From NCBI GenBank assembly GCA_020137815.1, contig CM035352.1, positions 620,001-684,000 of the forward strand: a stretch of DNA of 64,000 bases, given 5' to 3'. This stretch comes from Hormiphora californensis. Taxonomy: Eukaryota > Animalia > Ctenophora. Below are positions 30,600-44,932 of the stretch, in pieces; the stretch's first letter is position 1; each line of letters opens with the position of its first letter. The notes under the pieces were generated by a model, which made no database searches, had not been told where the DNA came from, and was given only the letters and a program-made list of their open reading frames with translations. A program made the translations under genes and the position numbers.

Positions 30600-33500
30600 T
30601 TAGAAACGTTCATCAAACTCTAACGCTTCATTCCCAGACTCAAATTCTTGATCATCTCCATTCTCCGCCTCCTCACTGTCACCCTCCCTCTTCAACAAGT
30701 TGACCAGTTCATTCAGTACATGCTCAAAAATCTTGGGGTTAACATTCCTTGCAATGACCTGGAGAATGACCCGACCAGAGGTACCAGATTTCCTCCAAAT
30801 CTCCGAATAATCAGGGACATCACGTAGGAAGGAGGTGGCGAGGAGGTGTCGATAGGATCCGGTTACAAAACAGAGGTTTGATATTGAGATTAGGAGGGAG
30901 ATGAGGTTGATGAATACTGTGATGATGAGTCCACCCCAGAAGATTAGAAAGAGGTACTGGTTGATAACATTGGCTGGTAGGACACACATCCCTTGTTCCT
31001 CCTCCATTCCTAATCAGGGGGAGTGGGAGGAATTGTTAGTATTACTGGGACAATAATTGCCTGGTCTGGTTCCTTGGCATAACAATTCACAAACAAACAA
31101 ACAAAAGAGTGAGAGATAGAACACAAGTGACCGAAAAAGTAATTCTATAGTACACACTACACACCTGTGGTGCCCCATCGCTTGATCTCACAAGCGGCCA
31201 TCTTAGGAAACAACTTGTCCTGTATCAGAGTAGCATAGTCTGGACCCGGCTGAAACAGAAATATAATTACTATGGCAATACTGTCCCAATATATACAACC
31301 CTCGAGGGTCCTCCTAATCCTATGTGTGCTTGTATTTTGCAAACGGATCATATTAAATCTGGGGGATGAATCGTACACTGTCTTGTTCGACCCTCCTTCC
31401 CCGCGTTTGAACAAATCAATTCATACAGTACTAGGCGACAACCCAGGGGTCGGTTGCATTGCAACTCACCTAATATATCCCATCCCCGGATTGTTTGAAA
31501 CTTACCTCGTCCTCTTCTGTCGCCCAGAGCAGCCCAAACTCGATAAAACTACCAATATGGAACATTTTCTCAGTTAACCAGAATGTCATCAACACATTGA
31601 TTAGATACATGATCTTGCTGCCAATAATGGTGAAGAAAAGTAGATGTTTCTCCACTCTCTTCCCAAAGTATTGGTCTGTATGGATGTATGCATGGATCCG
31701 GACATAGAGCCACCTGTAGGGGGGCGTTAGTTTGTTATGATTCATAGTTTAACATAGTATCATGAGTGGCTAAATGATATGAAACGAATAAACCGCTAAA
31801 GAGAATATATTCACGTGGAAATATATATCAGTGCAGTGCCGCTCAGTTCTTTAGTATGATCTACTTAGTAAAACATCCAGTGTGCTCAGATGAGGTCGGC
31901 GGCGCCAGTCAGGATAAAACCGGATGCTGGATAGAAACAACTGACCACTAACCACTGTCAGCAGTGGATCATAGTGGTACTTGTTGAGTAAGGGGTACAG
32001 CTAGATCCTAGTGGTACAGCTAGATCCTAGTGGTACAGCTAGATCCTAGTGGTACAGTAAGATCCTAGTGGTACAGCTAGATCCTAGTGGTACAGTATGA
32101 TCCTAGCAGTACAGCTAGATCCTAGTGGTACAGTAAGATCCTAGTGGTACAGCTAGATCCTAGTGGTACAGTATGATCCTAGTGGTACAGCTAGATCCTA
32201 GTGGTACAGCTAGATCCTAGTGGTACAGCTAGATCCTAGTGGTACAGTATGATCCTAGTGGTACAGCTAGATCCTAGTGGTACAGTAAGATCCTAGTGGT
32301 ACAGCTAGATCCTAGTGGTACAGCTAGATCCTAGTGGTACAGCTAGATCCTAGTGGTACAGCTAGATCCTAGTGGTACAGCTAGATCCGAGTGGTACAGC
32401 TAGATCCTAGTGGTACAGCTAGATCCTAGTGGTACAGCTAGATCCTAGTGGTACAGTATGATCCTAGTGGTACAGCTAGATCCTAGTGGTACAGCAAGAT
32501 CCTAGTGGTACAGCTAGATCCTAGTGGTACGATCTTTTGATCTTCGTCCGCTGGATCATGATCAACAGTTCTTACATTGGGCTCTAAATTCAGCTAAATA
32601 TAAGCCGCATCAAGTCGGCTATTGTTAAACTAATCTGACATGCATTATGAAAAACTCAATGATCAATATCATGATAACATGATAGCATGTAGCAATATTA
32701 TCTGTGTGTGACACACAGACTATACTAATTTGTAGGTTCGTATAGAACATGTATTCCCTTTTCAAAGGGTTCAAAGAGTACCTGGCAGCTTTCTGACACA
32801 GAATATCCAGATCTTCAGCAGTCTCAACAGGGTTATGAAGCATTGCAATGACCGGTTTTATATCTCCCATACCTACAGCAAAGTTGTTGAGTTACTCAAC
32901 AACAGCAAAGAGTTTCAGAATAATATCCTACATCACCATTTGCAGCATTGTTCCGTTGGGACAAGAGATAAGTATTTTTTTTAAAACTATATATTTTCTC
33001 TCCACTTGGTCGCTCACATACCAAAGAATTTGAAGACCATGTAAGGTAGGAAGAAAGCACATGAGGAGGTCCAGAAGTAGAACGCTGTGAACTGGTACCA
33101 GGCATGATATACCCTGAAAAAGTGGTTTTCACACCTCAATTACTATTAATTTGGTTCATCTATCATTTGGTTCATCTATCATGCTCTATTATAGGTTTCG
33201 ACTTGACAGACTTCACTAATCACTGCCCATCGTTGGCAGGGGCAGTGTACTGTATCCTGTCGAATCTCAACCTGGTGATGTTTACAAAGGAACAGCGACC
33301 AACCTATGCAGTTTCTTGTGTTTGATTTCCGGGGGACAGGGTATAACCTTTTGTGTTTCCGGGTCATAGTCATCAAAACAGCCCGGTAAATCTTCTGGTA
33401 CCACACCTAAGAGAAACATACGTCTTGTTTACCATAGAGGGATGAATATTTGTAAAGGAACATCTGACACTTTTTCGTCCGCTTCGCTGTGTGACTAGAC

Positions 33501-34251
33501 GTATTACCTGGATTTGTAATGTTCTAACCCTCCCTTTGTACAGGACGTGCGAAACACAGTCTAGCTAGGCAAACCTGGATAAGGTATTTCGTTGCTATGG
33601 TAATCGTACGCCTCCCGTAACGTATAAATACCCTGGGTCCAGCAGTAGTCTTTAGCAAACTCTACCGGGACCTACAAACACACACAATATCAGTCCTTCT
33701 TGGTAACTCCACATTGCTTGTAACTGTTCACCCGATAGTAAGTTACTCTGTCAGAGCATTGGCCTGACCCACTCTCGTTTCTCTCGGAGCGCGCGAGAAC
33801 TGTGGTCAGAGCATTGGCCTGACAGAAGTTACTCAACATGAAAATTTGATAGCTCAAATGTTGAGAATAGTACCCGTACCTTTATGAACCCGTCACATTC
33901 TATGACACTGCCTGTATACCCTCGTATAGTCACTATACTGCCAAATAGGACGGTCACAATAAACATAAAACTCCTATTCCACTGGTCCCACGCATCGTCC
34001 AATGTTATCACCTAGGGGGCATTGCTGAGTAACAGGGAGGAGAGGGATAGGAGGGGTTGTGAAAATGACTGAATGACTGATAGTTTGGAACATGTGGCCA
34101 TGGCCCTACTCCTAATTCCTATTCCTAAACATCTCCCAGATTCAATGCGACCAAGATACCTCTAATATTATAAGAGGGCAGTACCGGGGTATCTACTATT
34201 TACCTTGAAGGGTGCTAGTCGTGGGAATAGGGCTAGAACTTCCAATACCAT
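30600..34251 (-). CDS. Innexin (gap junction protein), ~9 exons
   Basis: MVLEVLALFPRLAPFK|VITLDDAWDQWNRSF..VIECDGFIK|VPVEFAKDYCWTQGIY..YPG|..VYHAWYQFTAFYFW..FFLPY..|LFPKMAACEIKRWGTTG|MEEEQGMCVLPANVINQYLFLIFW. Extracellular Cys pairs and the four-TM layout are conserved. Confidence 0.95.
31996..32530. repeat. 20-bp minisatellite (GTACAGCTAGATCCTAGTGG-like) in an innexin intron
   Basis: About 26 head-to-tail units without spacers; internal palindromic CTAGATCCTAG. Confidence 0.95.
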
Positions 34252-35604
34252 GATGAAGGACTACTAAACTACTAAAACTACTAAATAGTTAACAGTTGAC
34301 AGTTACCAGTAAACGACACGAGATCACGCGATTGTGCTAAAACTAGAAGCAGCTAAAATAATGCACTAGAGCCTATTGTCCTATTAGTATTGATATGGAC
34401 ACTGACAGAGGTTGTTACTCAACAAGACAGAGGTGACCTGTCAGAGCATTGGCCTGACAGGAGGTGACCTACTTCTGGTTTTTATTATAAAACAAGATGG
34501 CCAGATAATAATAGCCTGATTAAATGTATGTGAGCACAACTCTAGTGCAAGCTGGTGAGCTTGAACAAGGGGGGACAATCCACAATACAACTACTATACA
34601 TACAAGTGTATACACATGCAGTGTCACATGCTTGCTTGTTATGGACGACTCGTCCGACGAGAGAGCTTCTTCGAGAATCTCCTTTAGTCTCTTGTCATCA
34701 TCATATTCACATCATACATAGTCACATGGTCCGGGGGAGGGGATCCAGACACAGCGGACAACTGTCTAGCGCCGCGACCCCATCTGAGCGCACTGTTGAG
34801 AATCAAATTGGGGTATGGCACCGCCAGACAGAACACGGTGGACAATTACTGTGATGTCAATCCAATGTCCAGGAAACACTATGGGGTGGGCCTACAAGCC
34901 AACTCCAAGAAGAAGTCACTAGACATCGTCTGGTGAGCGAGATCAAATAGGAGCCAATTGCAATGGTACCACTACCAAGACCCCTTTCTCCGTGATGGCA
35001 GGTCGATGCCCGGTGGTTTCCTTGACAACTTCCTGTTGCTATAGCGACCGTCAACAAATTAAAACAACTCATATCACAAGGGATGTGGGAACATAAGAAT
35101 TTTGAAAATTATAACACAACAGATAGAATCCTTTCTCTTGATAAAAAATACCGGTAAAAACGATTCTCATTTAGAACACTTGTGCGGGAATTCTGATGAA
35201 TGCAACACTTTTCTCTATTTCTCTATTACTAGCAGCTGTCGATAAACAACTCTTTTAACCTATATAAGGGTAGTAGTAGAGGACAAGATGGAAGGACACT
35301 TAAAACATCATAGCGAGTTGATACAACCAGCCACAATTATTTTAACATCTCAATATTACTGAGCTGTCGGCTTTGGTAGAGCCCTGATTTTAGAAGACCC
35401 CTCTCTATTGCACATGCTAGAGCAAATAGAAGAGGGGGACTGTATAGCATATTCAACTAACTCAAAACCAACTGTCCAAATCAGCTATTTAACCAACAAT
35501 TCAGTCTTGCTCGACCCTCTCTCTCTCTCTCCGGGTTTGAACAATGCACAGTCTCTATATCCTCCTAACGCTCAGCACACTCCTCTGGATGACTGTGAAG
35601 ACTG

Positions 35605-38600
35605 TCATCTGTCTGACTCTGAGTAGGATGTCAGGACGGCCTCGTACACCAAGAATGTTATGATGGTGAAGGGGATGGTCTTGGCAAGTTGGAGTGTCCA
35701 CCCAGAGTAACAACCAGAGAGTCCCTCCTCTATATATATCTTTCTTAGAGTTTGAACCACACGACGATACCTGGGGGAGGAAGAGGAGGGTTAGTTGGGA
35801 TGGTCAATATATGTGTCCAGCCCTATAAAGGAGTCCATCAGTGTCCAGATTTTGGCAGAAGGATAGACTACCCCAAATGTTGGGAAGAGGATGGGGAGTG
35901 TGTAACATTTAACAAGTATGTATCAAGTAAAGATCTGTGCATTGAGACAATTACTGAACTCACTTTCTCTCGTGGTAGGGTGTTCCTTCTGATACCTCTC
36001 TAAGTCTCGTTCGTACCACCTCTGTGATGTAGCGTGTTTTAATACAATTATCAACGGAGACAATATGGTTTGAATCCATGTTTCAAATGTTCCTTTGTTC
36101 TCAGGATTTTCAGCAGAAAGATATGTATTTTATTGAAATTTACCTGTTGGATACATAATCGTGTTCGCTATGACTTTAGACACACAGGCAGACGCTGAGA
36201 GATGTACCATTGCTGAAATGGTGTTAATGTCGTTGTGAAAGTAGTGGCTGGTTGTGCTGTTGCAAAAGTGGCTGGTAGTACGTGGTCGACAAACCCCGGA
36301 ACTTGGATTATTCCATATTTGGGGGCAAGTCACGTGACAAGTGATGTCATAGCGAGCCGCGCGCACTAAGAATAGCAGCAGGTAAATGCTGCGCGTTGTG
36401 CTTTACATACTAACTCAGGCTTGGTGACATCGCGCCACACAGTAACGACTCCGAGAATAGCCTAGAGCGTGCAGTTCCTAATATGGAGTCAAGCTAGAAA
36501 TAGTGTGTGATCAATAATCACTTAATAGTTACCTGGGACATATGATGTTTCACGGTATGCATCGGAGAAAACACTCATACAGAATTTACGGGTCTTTAGC
36601 TCTTCATAAACCTAAAAAGTACAGGCCATGCTCTAGCGATCCTGAAATTAATTAGAACAATTAGTCAACGATTAGTGTCGTCTGAATATGAAAATTAGGA
36701 TAAATTACCAACCTACAGCACTGGCTGAAGCGCCTCTTGTAAAACCTCTCCAGCTTTCAGTCCTCCAAATATTGGTAACATACCGCTTTATATCGTTTTT
36801 ATTACAACTAGGATAGGAGAGAATGTCGGGTGATTTAATGCCAAACATATATCGATTATTTGCTTTACTGAATATTCTAAGACATCTTTTGTTATGATGT
36901 CTTGTAGATTAATCAGTTTGGCTGAAAATATGCGATGATAGCAGTCAGATTGGCAAAACATGATCTGTACAGAGATACTGTGGAACATATCACGGTATCA
37001 CAACACACTCACCTTCGCTCGTCGAGTTGCAGCCTTGTTTTTACAACCCAGAAAGGATTCATCATAAAGGCATTGCATATCCCTGCTACCGTCCCTGAAA
37101 ATAGAGAGAGAGAGGATTAGGGACTGAGAAAGGTTAGAAAGGGAGAAAGGGATAATATAATTTCGGGTTGTTGGAAAAGAGGAAGGCTATAACTTATAAA
37201 CAAGCAACTAGGCGGCCTTCTTCTTCTCTTCTTCTCTCTAGGCGGCCTACAAGGAATTGTAAGAAAGGGGGTGCCATCATACGATTCTACGGAACTAATT
37301 ATGTTGAACATGAAGATATATGCTGCATGTCTCTTCTGTTGACATGCCCCACACACACAGTACACAGTAGGATAGTGCATATTAAACACTGGTGGGGTGT
37401 TGAAATGAGTTGCCTATGTATAATGCAAATGTTCGTGCTTTTGATACTTTCTCTCTCACCCATGGCACTCTCTCTGAATCACGCCAGGCCTGTCTGATCA
37501 GACCACGGAAGCGGCTCAGCTGATAAAGAATAACACGCACTGACGTGATTATATTAGGTGAGAGGCCAGAGGGTGAAATCGGTCTCACCTACTGCCACAG
37601 GACGTTTCTGCTAAAATGTGTGTGATATGAGATGTAGGCCGTTATAATTATAGGGGGTTTATATTGGGATTTCTGACAAATAGAGAACATCGGTATATTT
37701 AAGAAACCAGAAGAGTATAATTTAGATTTCCGGTGAAGAAGACAGTATATAATCAGAAATCAAGACTGGCACAGCGGCTCTGTCTCTCCATCTCCCCAGA
37801 CAGAGAGAGAAAAACTAGGATAATAATTTGGGTTTCTGCCATGTTATCACAGCAGGATGTGGTGTTTTATTAAAGGACAGAATTGTGTCCTGGGTCGGCT
37901 ATGCTAGATAAATCGTGTAGTTTCCACCTAAAGGGTATGCAAACAACATTGGACTCTGTTAACACGCCCTTTAGTTGCGGACATTGAGTGATGATGCATA
38001 ATGTTGTAGAATATCGTGTAGATAATATTCAACTCGCCCCTCTTTTATGCAGCCTTCCCGACCCCATGGCCCATAATAATATATAAATTATATATAATCA
38101 TGTCTCTCTCTCTCTCTCCCTTGTTCCACAGAATATCTCTGGCCTTGTTCGACCCTCCCTCCCCGCTTGAACAAAACAAAATATCTCTATGATCTATGAT
38201 AATGCAAACAACAAAAGCTCTCCAAAACAGATTCCATTATAAGGATTCCCGTCCACTCTTATCTACCCACTCACAGAATCTCAGCAGCTGAAAGCTATAA
38301 ATGTGCATGAAAGTCACACCCCCACACACACACAATTAAATACATGATCATGTTTAAATACACACATAATTGATAATCATAATCATGTGTCAAGGCACGA
38401 CTTTTTATTTAAAGTACACAATGTTGTGTCCTAACTGTATTGGTGGAGGGAATCACTTCACACACGTCACACCACGGTCCATTGCAGTGTGCAGCAGTGA
38501 TAGCAAGCAGGTATTCTAGAACATTCTGGAGACACAGTTTGAAACAGTTAAATCCAGCAAGGAGGAAGTCACGTACAGATATACCGTCTTGTTTTTATTG

Positions 38601-40415
38601 TCATGTGAAAACACATGTACATAACAAGGCGAGCCCGGTATATTCATATAACATTTATTCATATAACATTTATTTTTGTCTTCTTCGTTTAAAACTGGCA
38701 CAACTAAACATAGCTGAACTGTCATTAGCAGGCTATCTCTGCTTACTCCTATGTTAAATTGTTAAACTGTTGTCTGTCTGTCGCATCTGTATTAAAAGAT
38801 CATTGTGGCTCTCCCAAACACTCTCCCAAACACTGCTGTATAGGAGATACTGCGAGGCTCTCTCTTAGAGAGATACTCTCCTACATATTGTATACTGGTT
38901 CAGCTATCATCAGACTAACATCCCTCAATTATTGGTGATGATGTTATTTTTTTTCCGGTTTTATTTATTTATTGAAACATTTACCGGTTGGTATACCACA
39001 TTGGAAACAGCGTGTGTGTGTGTTATTGGCTGGTTCAACTTCCCTTATCCAGATTCTCTCACTGTCTAAATCAGTTTCTGTCGACGGATATGATACAATA
39101 CCGCTTTACATACAAACACGACACACTTGGCCCAAAGCCAACACAGAGGACAATGGTCTGGCTTGTGACGTACTGGCAATGCTGGGTATTGTGTACATTT
39201 TATGAATATTATTAGCTGGAACTACTAAAGATGGAAACTGAGAGACCATCATTATTCTATTCAGAATGTAGAGAGCATGAAGCCATCTGCCATGCTAAAA
39301 TGATACACTGATATTCTTGTGTTTCTCCTGCCCATAAACTCTCTCCTCCCATTGCACATCTTTCTCTTTTCATCTCATATGTAATATTCCTTGCATGCTA
39401 GTCAAGCTGTTAATATCATACATGTCCAACCTCTCTGCTATATAACGCTTCTGCACACACACATATTGTTGATCGGGGGTCGATCGTAGAAGGAGATATT
39501 CGCTGAGTTTTAAAAAGGACAGAGAAGCCTGCTGAATAATCAGGTACTTTCCATTGGTAAGCACAGTAACATGCACTTTTTAAGCGGAATTAGAGACAGA
39601 AGGAAACGGAGAAAGAGATTGTTTAAAAATAATTTCAATTGATATTTTACCTGCTGTTAGGTTGATGACTTGGCCTTGGTGTAAAAAGTTTGCGAGGACC
39701 TGCCGACTCTTAGCGTTGATATAGAAGAACGCGGCTTTTGTAGGTACGACAGCAGCTAGTGAGGGAGTCAAACCTTTAAACAGAGACCTGAAAGAGGTGG
39801 TTGTAAATATTCTTTCCGGTGATTGCCATCATGTGCTGTAACATTGCCCGATCCTGTTTCACCGCATGAAGGAGGGTTAGAACATAGCAACTGCAATACT
39901 GAAACCTACCTGTATCCTTCATTCTTGATGATTTGACTGCATAAATTAACAAGGCTCCTGTCCTTTGACAACGCTATTACTTTCATGGACGCATAGCTGG
40001 ATACGGACGACTGAAAAATGATGTTGATTTCATTTCACAATTTACACTTGACTAGCTTATGTTGAATGTGTATCTTGCAAATAGCAATAGTCCCTAATCC
40101 CCAATCACACAAAAACATGCACATGTGGTTACAAAAGAGGAATTACCTGTTGTCGTGTTTTAACAAGTTCGATGGGAGATGTTACAATTACTCCAATCGA
40201 ACCCCCAATGCTGAAATATTTGTTTTTATTGACTAAATATGCCTTGAAAGACAAATTAAATATAAGAATGCTGTTCGAAACAAAAGAAGAAACAACAAAC
40301 CAATATCAAGATCTCAGTTATAAAAACGTAAATGTGTGATTAGTAACCCATTTGCTAACGTCCCTTACCTTCCAGCAGCTAGATGGACGAAAGGGTTGAT
40401 GTCCCTGGTGCTCAT
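35605..40415 (-). CDS. Mitochondrial carrier, SLC25A33/36 (Rim2, pyrimidine nucleotide)-like, ~10 exons
   Basis: MSTRDINPFVHLAAGS|IGGSIGVIVTSPIELVKTRQQ|..EGYR|SLFKGLTPSLAAVVP..|NPFWVVKTRLQL|..YPT|EVVRTRLRE..K|YRRVVQTLRKIYIEEGLSGCYSG. Three carrier repeats. One apparent +1 insertion near 36612. Confidence 0.9.
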
Positions 40416-40782
40416 AAAGAGCGGTCAGAATTCGAAAATAACGCCCCTTTACTTCTTCACACGGCTGGAGACTTATAATAGCGTGGGAGGACTGAGGTCC
40501 TGTAGCGGATGACAGACGAAAGCGGAGAACGGGGTGTACTTTTAAAAAGTGGAGCCTGTAAAATTGAAAAAGTGACGAAATTTCGCGAAAAGTTAATAAA
40601 AGTTAACGCGCGGCGTGGTTTTACATCGTTTGCACACTATTTTGTTGCGCGTTCCATTACATTTTAAAATTGCAGCGTAACTTGAAAGCGAAATCAGATT
40701 TATTCCTTAAAATTTCACTCTTTTTGCTTTTTGCTCCAACTTTTCTGAGAAGTTTCATCATTTTATTATCGTGAGATGTGCC
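40416..40782. promoter_or_regulatory. Probable bidirectional promoter region
   Basis: Only 367 bp separate the divergent ATGs of the SLC25 carrier and the TBK1-like kinase; contains CG-rich motifs such as TTTCGCGAAA and CGCGCGGCG. Confidence 0.5.
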
Positions 40783-43700
40783 ATGAGTTCTGTTTTGAAT
40801 AGTTCTGAGAACTACATATGGAACACAGGAGAGAGGCTGGGTCATGGAGCAACTTGTGATGTATTCAAAGCGTACAATAGACGCACAGGGAGAACCGGCG
40901 GCCGTGAAAGTTTTCAACCGAAGTGGCTATGCCCGAGATATGGTGCAGCAAGAGGTATAAATTTACGTTACTTTGTCTTATCTCACATTCTAATATCATC
41001 AACCATTCAGCGGGAGCTCACTCTGGCTCAAAATCTTGAGCATCGAAATCTTGTAAAAGTGTTCGGAATAGAGCACATCCAGACACAAGTGACTGCCAGG
41101 GTTGTTATCATGGAACTGTGCGAAGGAGATAGTCTCTTCAACTTTCTGATTCTTCCTCAAAACTATTACGGGCTGGCTGACAAGGAATTTCTAACTGTAC
41201 TCAATGATGTGACCGCTGGAGTGAAGTATCTCCGAGAGCAACAGGTAGCCACCGATTACTGATTTGCATTGAAATTTTAACTAATATTGAAATACTGATA
41301 GAATCTAACGGGTTAAACCCTCTCTAGGTAGTCCATAGGGACATCAAGCCTGGTAACATTATGCGGTGTCTGAAAGAGGATGGTTCCAGTTTGTACAAGT
41401 TGACGGATTTGGGTGGGGCAAGAGAGCTGGCAGACGACCAAAGTTTTATGTCGCTTCACGGGACACCAGAATACCTACACCCTGATATGTACAACAAAGC
41501 ACTGGTTGATAAACGTGCACCCGCTAATTTCACTGCTGAGGTGGATCTGTGGAGTCTGGGAGCGACATTCTACCATTGTGCTACCAGTAGAACACCCTTC
41601 AAACCCAAATTGGGACGGAATGATCACGCAACTATGTTGAAGATGACATCTAGCAAGGAACCAGGTGTCATATCGGGGGTCCAAACAGAGAAAGATGGTC
41701 CTATTACCTACAGCAAGGAACTCCCCGCACGGGCACCCCTCTCCAAATCCCTCAAGCGGCTCATTACCCCTGTATTGGCTAAACTACTGGAACGAGACGA
41801 TAGCAAGGCCCTGAAATATGATGAATTCTTCTCTGTGATTGAGGATATCTGTGGATTAAAGTGTATCTCACTGTTCGATGCTCCTTCCTGTACAAATCAC
41901 AAGTTGTACCTTCGTAAGACCTGCACTTTCCAAGAATTCCAGGAAATGGTTTCCCAGGAAACTGGAATCATGCCTGGCAACCAGCTGATCCTATCAGAAC
42001 GGTACTGTGACATGGATACTCTGGAGAAGAACTTCCTGAACCATGACGAGCTATACGTGCTGACAAGGGAAAGTAAAGAGGTTGATACAAAGTACAGTGC
42101 TCATCTCCAAATGTCACCAACATCTACCAAACCCACCTCTGACATCATAACCCGGGATTTAAACCTGGCCTACTGGTACAGTATTGACGTTCACCAGTTT
42201 AGTGGACAACTACAGAAATGTCTTGATCACGTGACCTTAGTTAGCCATGTAATGGCCAGTGTCACGGACTACTCAACCTTTGCCCCTTCCACCCTCCGAC
42301 AGAAAATAACGGAGCTGGGGGCGAGGTATGCCAGTTTGGAGACCCGCCAAAAGGATATCCTGGAGACTAATGACATGTGTCTGGCGTTCGTGTCCCTGTT
42401 AATAGACCTGTTCAATGGGGTGGAACAAGAGAGAGGTAGGAAGGTCAGCTCAGTTCCACATGCTCTGAACACACTACATAGGACCCTGACTAGCAATGAG
42501 ATGTCCACAATCTGTAACCGCCTACAGAAGCCCTGTATCCCTGGAGAGTTTGGTACCTTCTACAATGTGATTAAAGATTGTAGTTTGAAATCCTTCATCA
42601 CCGCCATCCTACCGATAGAGCGTATTGCTGAGGCGATGCATGATATCCTGCTCTCCTGTGCACCCATCCCTTATACACAGTGTCTCCTGGAGGCCAGGAA
42701 GCTCAAGTTGGTCCAGTGGGCCGCACAGAAAGAGAAGAGTGTACGTTGTATAAGTGATCAGCTTCAGTCACTTGACATAAAGAACAGTGAGCTGAGATCC
42801 ACACGGGAATCCACCATGGCTGTAGAACACCTAGCAAAGTTGGAACAGATGTCAGGAATTATGAGGAAGATTATCCAGGATGCCAAGTCGATCTATACAC
42901 AGTTTGAGCAGGACAAGAAGAGGGCAAAGCAGATAAAACTGACGACAGCGTTTAGTCAGATGCATCAGCTCAATAGAATGTACCTTGATACGCTGAGGGT
43001 TAAAGCAAAGGATGTTGCCTCTGCTGCTGTTAAACTGTGTAATGAAGTTAACCTGACATTGAAACCACGGATTGAGGAGTACTTTAGCATTCAGGTTAGG
43101 ACCAATATTCTAGTATTGGGGGGGGGTATTTGGTGACATAATCCTTTGTACTGACGCACTGTACAATAAACAGTACTAAACTATTACACAACCCTCAGGA
43201 GAGTCTTGGTAACCACCAGAAGGAATACGAGTCAGATCTCTCCATGTTAGAACAACAGGAGGAGAACCAGATCATATGGAGGGATCAGATATTCCATCAG
43301 ACACAAGACATACCACGCATCATAAAGGAGGTACATACTGGAAAATTTAGTTTGCAAGGGGGTGGAGTGGTGCATTAATGGGGGTGATGTCTAATGGAGG
43401 GGGGTGGGACGTGGGTGCAGGTGGAACATTAGTTTCCGTTGCTGCTACAAATATATTGACTGAGTTGTGTCACTGTTAGATCACCATCACACGCTCTCAT
43501 GTCTCCCATTTATCCAACATCACCTCCTTTGTAATATAAAACTCTACATTGTGGACCCATGAGAACTGAGAAACCCGAGCCTCTCTATGCATAACAAATT
43601 TCTAAGTAGAACTTTCTTTCTCTCATTACTCTCACGAATTCTGCCGTACTTTATAATTGGGTTCCTTCCTATACACAGGACACACATAAAATAAAGAGTC

Positions 43701-44314
43701 GTCCCTCTGTCAAACAGAGCAGCATGTTTATTAAAACTAACTTCCTAGTTCCTAGAGCACACGGGTAGCCTACACTGTGTTCAGTATAATACCGCGTAGT
43801 CAAGAAATAGTGAGGGAGAGAGGGAGAGAAATTTGACCACTCCCAGATGACATTATATATCGTGTTTTCCCATCCCTTCACCTTTTCCAAACTTCTTACT
43901 ACACTCTTTTTTTAATAATTTAGCATGCATCATTCGAATTCCTTCACCATCACTTCTTCTTCTTGGAGGCCGTCACTTCACCACCACTTCACTGCCCATG
44001 TTCTACTGTATAGAGAATGGACAGTGAAGTGGTGTAGAATCTATAGTGTAGTAGTGTTATCAAGTACATATATAATGATAGTATACCACGGAGTCGACCA
44101 CCGCCTAGAGATTGTCTATCTTTCTCACTACCAAACTATACCGAACTTATTTCAGGTGACGCTACCGGTTCTAAAGGCCACTGAGACATCACGGATGCTG
44201 CACGAGCAAGTAAAACAGTTGGAGGCGCTCAACAAGTCGAACCTGGAGAAACTGGCTGAGAGTCAGAACCTTGCTAGGGCCATTTGTAAAGAGTGGGAGT
44301 GTAGAAGGTCGTAG
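40783..44314 (+). CDS. TBK1: TBK1/IKK-epsilon-like kinase (kinase + ubiquitin-like + scaffold/dimerisation domain), 5 exons
   Basis: Exons ~40783-40954, 41011-41243, 41328-43094, ~43200-43330, ~44157-44314. Motifs LGHGATCDVFK, AAVKVFN (after a +1 shift at ~40889), VHRDIKPGNIM, YKLTDLGGAREL..FMSLHGTPEYLHPDMY, VDLWSLGATFYHCAT. Confidence 0.88.
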
Positions 44315-44932
44315 TGATTTGTCAGGAATTTGGAAATTGAGAAATTTGTAAAGAGTGGGAATGACTTGTGCGTGTAATAGATTTGTAAAGAATAGGGGGC
44401 GTAAGTTCGATGATTTGTGTCTGTGTGTGGGTTATAGTTCAGCAATATGTGGATTGTGTATGAGGGTCCTGTGTGTTGTACTGTGTGATCTCTAATGACC
44501 TCATCAGTAAGGGTGGTGTTCGCTCTAATAACACAATCATCACATATGGTGTGTATACCGCAGTGTTTTTATTCATCATCAACACACCGTTTTATGTTTT
44601 CTTTTAGACGATTTACTGTTACATCCTGTGTTGTAACACAGTGATTTATTCTTGTTTTATGAATTAGTAATTTATTGATTTTGTAACTTCTTTACTTTCT
44701 GGCAAAAGCTCTGTTTTTAATGCGACTTTTTGTTGTTAAAAACCTGTGATAAATTTTCGTAAGTTTTGTTTAGTTGTTCCTTTTTCATAACCCATTCCCA
44801 GTGGCTCTGATATATTCCTGTGCCCTACCTCCCCATGATAACCGCCCCCCACTTCTAACCAATAACTCCGTTTAGCGCAATGTCAACCCCCAACTAATAG
44901 AGAAAAGGACAGTTAGAACAGTGCAGCAGACG

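Noticed and set aside
31996-32530. Regular short repeats resembling a CRISPR array (also 53266-53620 and 55765-56646)
   Set aside because: Head-to-tail units with no unique spacers, no cas genes, and a eukaryotic intronic context.
37097-39650. Nested gene in the long SLC25 intron, and short ORFs at 34524-35072
   Set aside because: No convincing ORF, motif or phase-consistent exon chain was found by eye.
40880-40900. Programmed frameshift or RNA editing in the kinase
   Set aside because: No slippery-site signal, and similar insertions elsewhere point to sequencing error.
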